This document shows positions 62,170-64,000 of a stretch of DNA of 64,000 nucleotides, in pieces. Where the stretch lies: the NCBI RefSeq assembly GCF_022045235.1, contig NW_027266308.1, positions 53,444,001-53,508,000 on the forward strand, read 5' to 3'. The notes under the pieces are model-generated. The model saw only the letters and a list, made by a program, of their open reading frames with translations, had not been told where the DNA came from and ran no database searches. Positions within the stretch are counted from its first letter, which is position 1; each line of letters starts with the position of its first letter. This DNA comes from Haliotis cracherodii (lineage: Eukaryota). Position numbers and translations under genes: made by a program.

Positions 62170-63672
62170 ATGACAATAATGTTCTTGGAAACCAAGTGAA
62201 ACATGAGACATGACCTGCATGACTGGGACACCCAAAGTTTATAACTGAGAGAGCCCTGGACAAGCTAGGCCAAAGCAAATCTCTGCATTGTTACATCTGC
62301 TGTACTTCTTGTCCATCTTCAGTATCTACCTCTCACCTCCCAGCTCCCAGGGTAACCATGGTAACCTCCTAACTGATTGATTTCAGGGAAAAGATTGTCT
62401 TTGAGGATGCGCATGGTTTTAATGGCAAGACACCAGCCATAAGTGTCTTTCTGAAAGAAGAGGTAAGTTGCGTCTGCTGATGTGATGTGTTCAACAAGAT
62501 GGCTGCCTTTCAGTCTTTCCTCACCCATTTAGTGACGAGTTGGCTGAATAGGTCTCAAGCTCATCTTGGACCTGTACATGACAAATTAGATTAGGATTGT
62601 ATACAGATAATACTAGCGGCATCATTGATTGGAAATATTAGTACTGATATATCGACTCAAAGAATCACAATAGACATGATAAAATTATTATTTTTGATGT
62701 GTATAGATACAGCGATTCCTCGACATAAGGCTCCTCAATGTACCGCTACCCTGGATACAACGCAGGGTAAACCTTGGCTCCCCAAAATGCATGAAGAATT
62801 TCCCTTAAAAGTACCTATTTAGACCTTTTAATCAATTTATGCTATTATACTATTGATAAATTTGTATCAATACAGCACCGCCATTACAAAATCTATTGTG
62901 ATATACGCTGACATCCCTAGATAATACCCAGATATAAGAGCAATCTCGTAGGCCACCTCCCAGTAGTGGCCTGGCAGGCTTAGTGTAAAAGTGTACCCCA
63001 GTCACATCAGGCCAAACTGCACTTTGCGGTTACATACTCTCTTTGTGGTTTGAATTGCACAATTGACCTGGTATTCATTCCTATGTCTGTCATTGAATAC
63101 CCATGCTCATTGGTTTTACTATGATCAAAATTTTAACTCCTCTCAAATTAAAACTGACCTATGTGATATGACTTTAAATACAGATCAATGCAGTGTTAAA
63201 TCTCACTCCCTCGTATTCTCCGTGGATTACAAAACCTTACCATAATTTAAGATTCATCTGAATGATGAGAAATCTGTCCTTAATTGCTCAGACTGTAAAT
63301 TTTGCCACCTGTTGAACATTAATTATTATACTGTCCCTCGTGGAACAATCTCAGTAAAATCAGGTCTTAGTTCTCGCTACCGCAAAGATCTGAGGACATC
63401 CCATTACAGGTCACATCAGATTATTAAAGATGATATATCTTATATCCATCTTTGCTTCTGTTGGTGTTCCTGTGAATCCACTAGCTAGTATCAACCCCGT
63501 GAGGAATTAGGATTCACAGTCCTGATTGTCTAGGATATTACATCTCCCTTCTATTATAATATACACCCTGGACCCTTTTGCTGCCATAGCTCCATTTTGA
63601 GCCAGACTTGAATGGAATGATAGCCATCCAAGCAAATAACACTCATGAGCAAGCAAAAGTCTGTGCTTAGAG

Positions 63673-63835
63673 TGAGTGAGTGAGTTTGGTTTTACGCCGC
63701 TTTTGCAATATTCCAGCAATATCACGGCGGGGACACCAGAAATGGGCTTCACACAATGTACCCATGTCGGGAATCGAACCCGGGTCTTCGGCGTGACCAG
63801 CGAACGCTTTAACCACCAGGCTACCCGACCGCCCC
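63673..63835 (-). mobile_element. SINE family A
   Basis: Full length; TSD TCTGTGCTTAGAG. Confidence 0.9.
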
Positions 63836-64000
63836 TTCTGTGCTTAGAGAAAGGGGAGAAGGGAATGATGACTTCAAATGGGTCCAGGGTGTTTATCATA
63901 ACAGAATGGGGATGTAATGCACTGGGTAAGCACAAGCAAATAACACCCATGAGCAAGCAAAATTCTATGATGCACTCGTATTCTCCAAACCAGAGCTTGT

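Noticed and set aside
63507-63956. 149-aa minus-strand ORF
   Set aside because: Reads through a family-A SINE; not a gene.

Overview
Eukaryotic, intron-rich, AT-rich DNA. The SINE/MITE content suggests a mollusc, possibly an abalone-like gastropod (inference). Most ORF-track entries are spurious or are exon fragments, so genes were rebuilt by hand from GT-AG junctions. (1) 1-~15.2 kb: a head-to-tail array of a ~4.21-kb unit (periods 4215/4213/4212). Each unit carries a complete, intact 4-exon, 238-aa divergent PRD-class (Q50) homeobox gene with a TATA/Inr promoter and polyA signal. An older fifth paralog (236 aa, 18887-20204) follows and keeps the same promoter geometry and an upstream TCF/Helper/TALE/E-box block. 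This macrosatellite-like homeobox array, reminiscent of D4Z4/DUX4, is the best candidate for an undescribed system. (2) 22.2-28.3 kb: complete 8-exon TEDC1. (3) 37.6 kb to the window end: first 8 exons of TXNDC16, with two minisatellites amplified from its own exon/intron boundaries. Intergenic and intronic DNA holds four SINE families, hAT/Mutator/Tc1-type MITEs, LINE RT relics, a Penelope GIY-YIG relic with an internal minisatellite, and Penelope-type pLTR fragments carrying a variant (U3-A8) minimal hammerhead ribozyme motif. One 130-N assembly gap at 62040-62169.
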